A DNA stretch of 64,000 bases, from contig MU619247.1 in NCBI GenBank assembly GCA_025201805.1, forward strand, positions 156,103-220,102. The letters run 5' to 3'. Under the pieces are notes generated by a model. That model made no database searches. It was not told the origin of the DNA and saw only the letters and a program-made list of their open reading frames with translations. A program made the translations under genes and the position numbers. The stretch comes from Parasitella parasitica NRRL 2501 (taxonomy: Eukaryota; Fungi; Mucoromycota). This document shows, piece after piece, positions 63,181-64,000 of this stretch (positions are counted from its first letter, which is position 1; every line of letters begins with the position of its first letter).

Positions 63181-64000
63181 AATAAAAAGTGTCAACATAT
63201 TTGCATTAAATAAAACAGAGTGTGCAGCTTAAAAAGTCGCCTTTGCTGGTTAGACCATGTCCAATTTCGAAAGATTCAAGCTTTTTCGCCCGAATTTCGA
63301 CATTATTCACTTTGTTTAGAGAGTTTTAATTTTAGATTAATGTACATGGTCATCTATTTCATGTTTTGTTTCATACGCACATTTTACTTGTAATTTTCTG
63401 AAGTGTTAAAGTATTTTTAATTAGTTTCTGAAATTGAGGATGTGCTTGGCTCAATGCCAACTTCTCGAAATTTAACAAACTGGGATGGAACTGAAAAAAC
63501 CAACTAAAGCATTTGTTAACTCCATTTCTTCTTGGTTTGGGTTTGTTTTGCTTTATTCTTGAGCTTCAAGCGACTTTAATGCGGCTGTTTTTTTTACAAA
63601 GCGTGTAAAAAAAGTTAGCAGACTCCATTTTTTTTAATTATATAGATTCTATTATCTAAATTTATATTTCTGATGCTGTTTATACTGGAAGTGGCGGTTC
63701 TTTTATTTTGCTGCCAATACATTTGAAGCCTTTAGCAATGTTAAGAGTTAATTTAGATTGCGAAAGGCATAGTGCATCTTCATTGATGCTGTTAATTCAA
63801 ACTTGCAAACATGCGAGTTGAGCCTATCAATAATTCTCTTTTTATAGTTTGCATATAGTCCCTCACGCAAAACGAGTTTATGAGTCTTCTTAAAATAAAT
63901 GTGTTGGGGATGCAATCATACTCTACATAGACCATTCTCCCTTTACAATGTGAATGAATTGTTAAGATAAGTAATAGCTCCTTATTCGATAACCTCGAAA

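Noticed and set aside
1-64000. tRNA, rRNA and TGA-CTA stop-readthrough PTS1 extensions
   Set aside because: GTTCGA hits (e.g. ~4202, ~14858, ~52550) have no cloverleaf context, and none of the stop codons I checked is followed by CTA or by an in-frame SKL-like end.

Overview
Eukaryotic, AT-rich fungal genomic DNA with short (about 50-70 nt) GT-AG introns. Gene content (eEF3, queuine tRNA-ribosyltransferase, LctP-type lactate permease) and transposon repertoire fit a Mucorales/Mucoromycota draft assembly; this is inference. The window has two large N gaps and several small ones. It holds about 18 protein-coding genes: MAM33, a 62-aa small ORF, PRA1/YIP3, DPS1, a CRAL-TRIO/RhoGAP, three consecutive unrelated transporters (FucP-type MFS, LctP lactate permease, siderophore-iron MFS), eEF3, SPT2, VPS53, acyl-CoA oxidase, VPS8, SDA1, VDAC, QTRT1/TGT, an unassigned protein and PEX5. 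The intergenic DNA carries decayed mobile elements (a Tc1/IS630-like transposase cut off by a 5'-truncated LINE, an internally deleted Helitron with an intact 3' end, probable DIRS and integrase relics, a diverged ~0.77 kb direct repeat) and a C2-domain pseudogene. I found no tRNA, rRNA or CRISPR. I cannot claim a clearly new multi-gene system. The best leads are: four ATCWGAT(A) iron-GATA-type boxes upstream of the siderophore transporter within the transporter trio; an acyl-CoA oxidase with PTS2 and no PTS1, near a PEX5 with no obvious Pex7-binding motif; an easily missed 62-aa microprotein ending RSGGGI; and an orphan protein with an NLS and a PIP-like box visible only after splicing. Family assignments come from motif recognition, not database searches.
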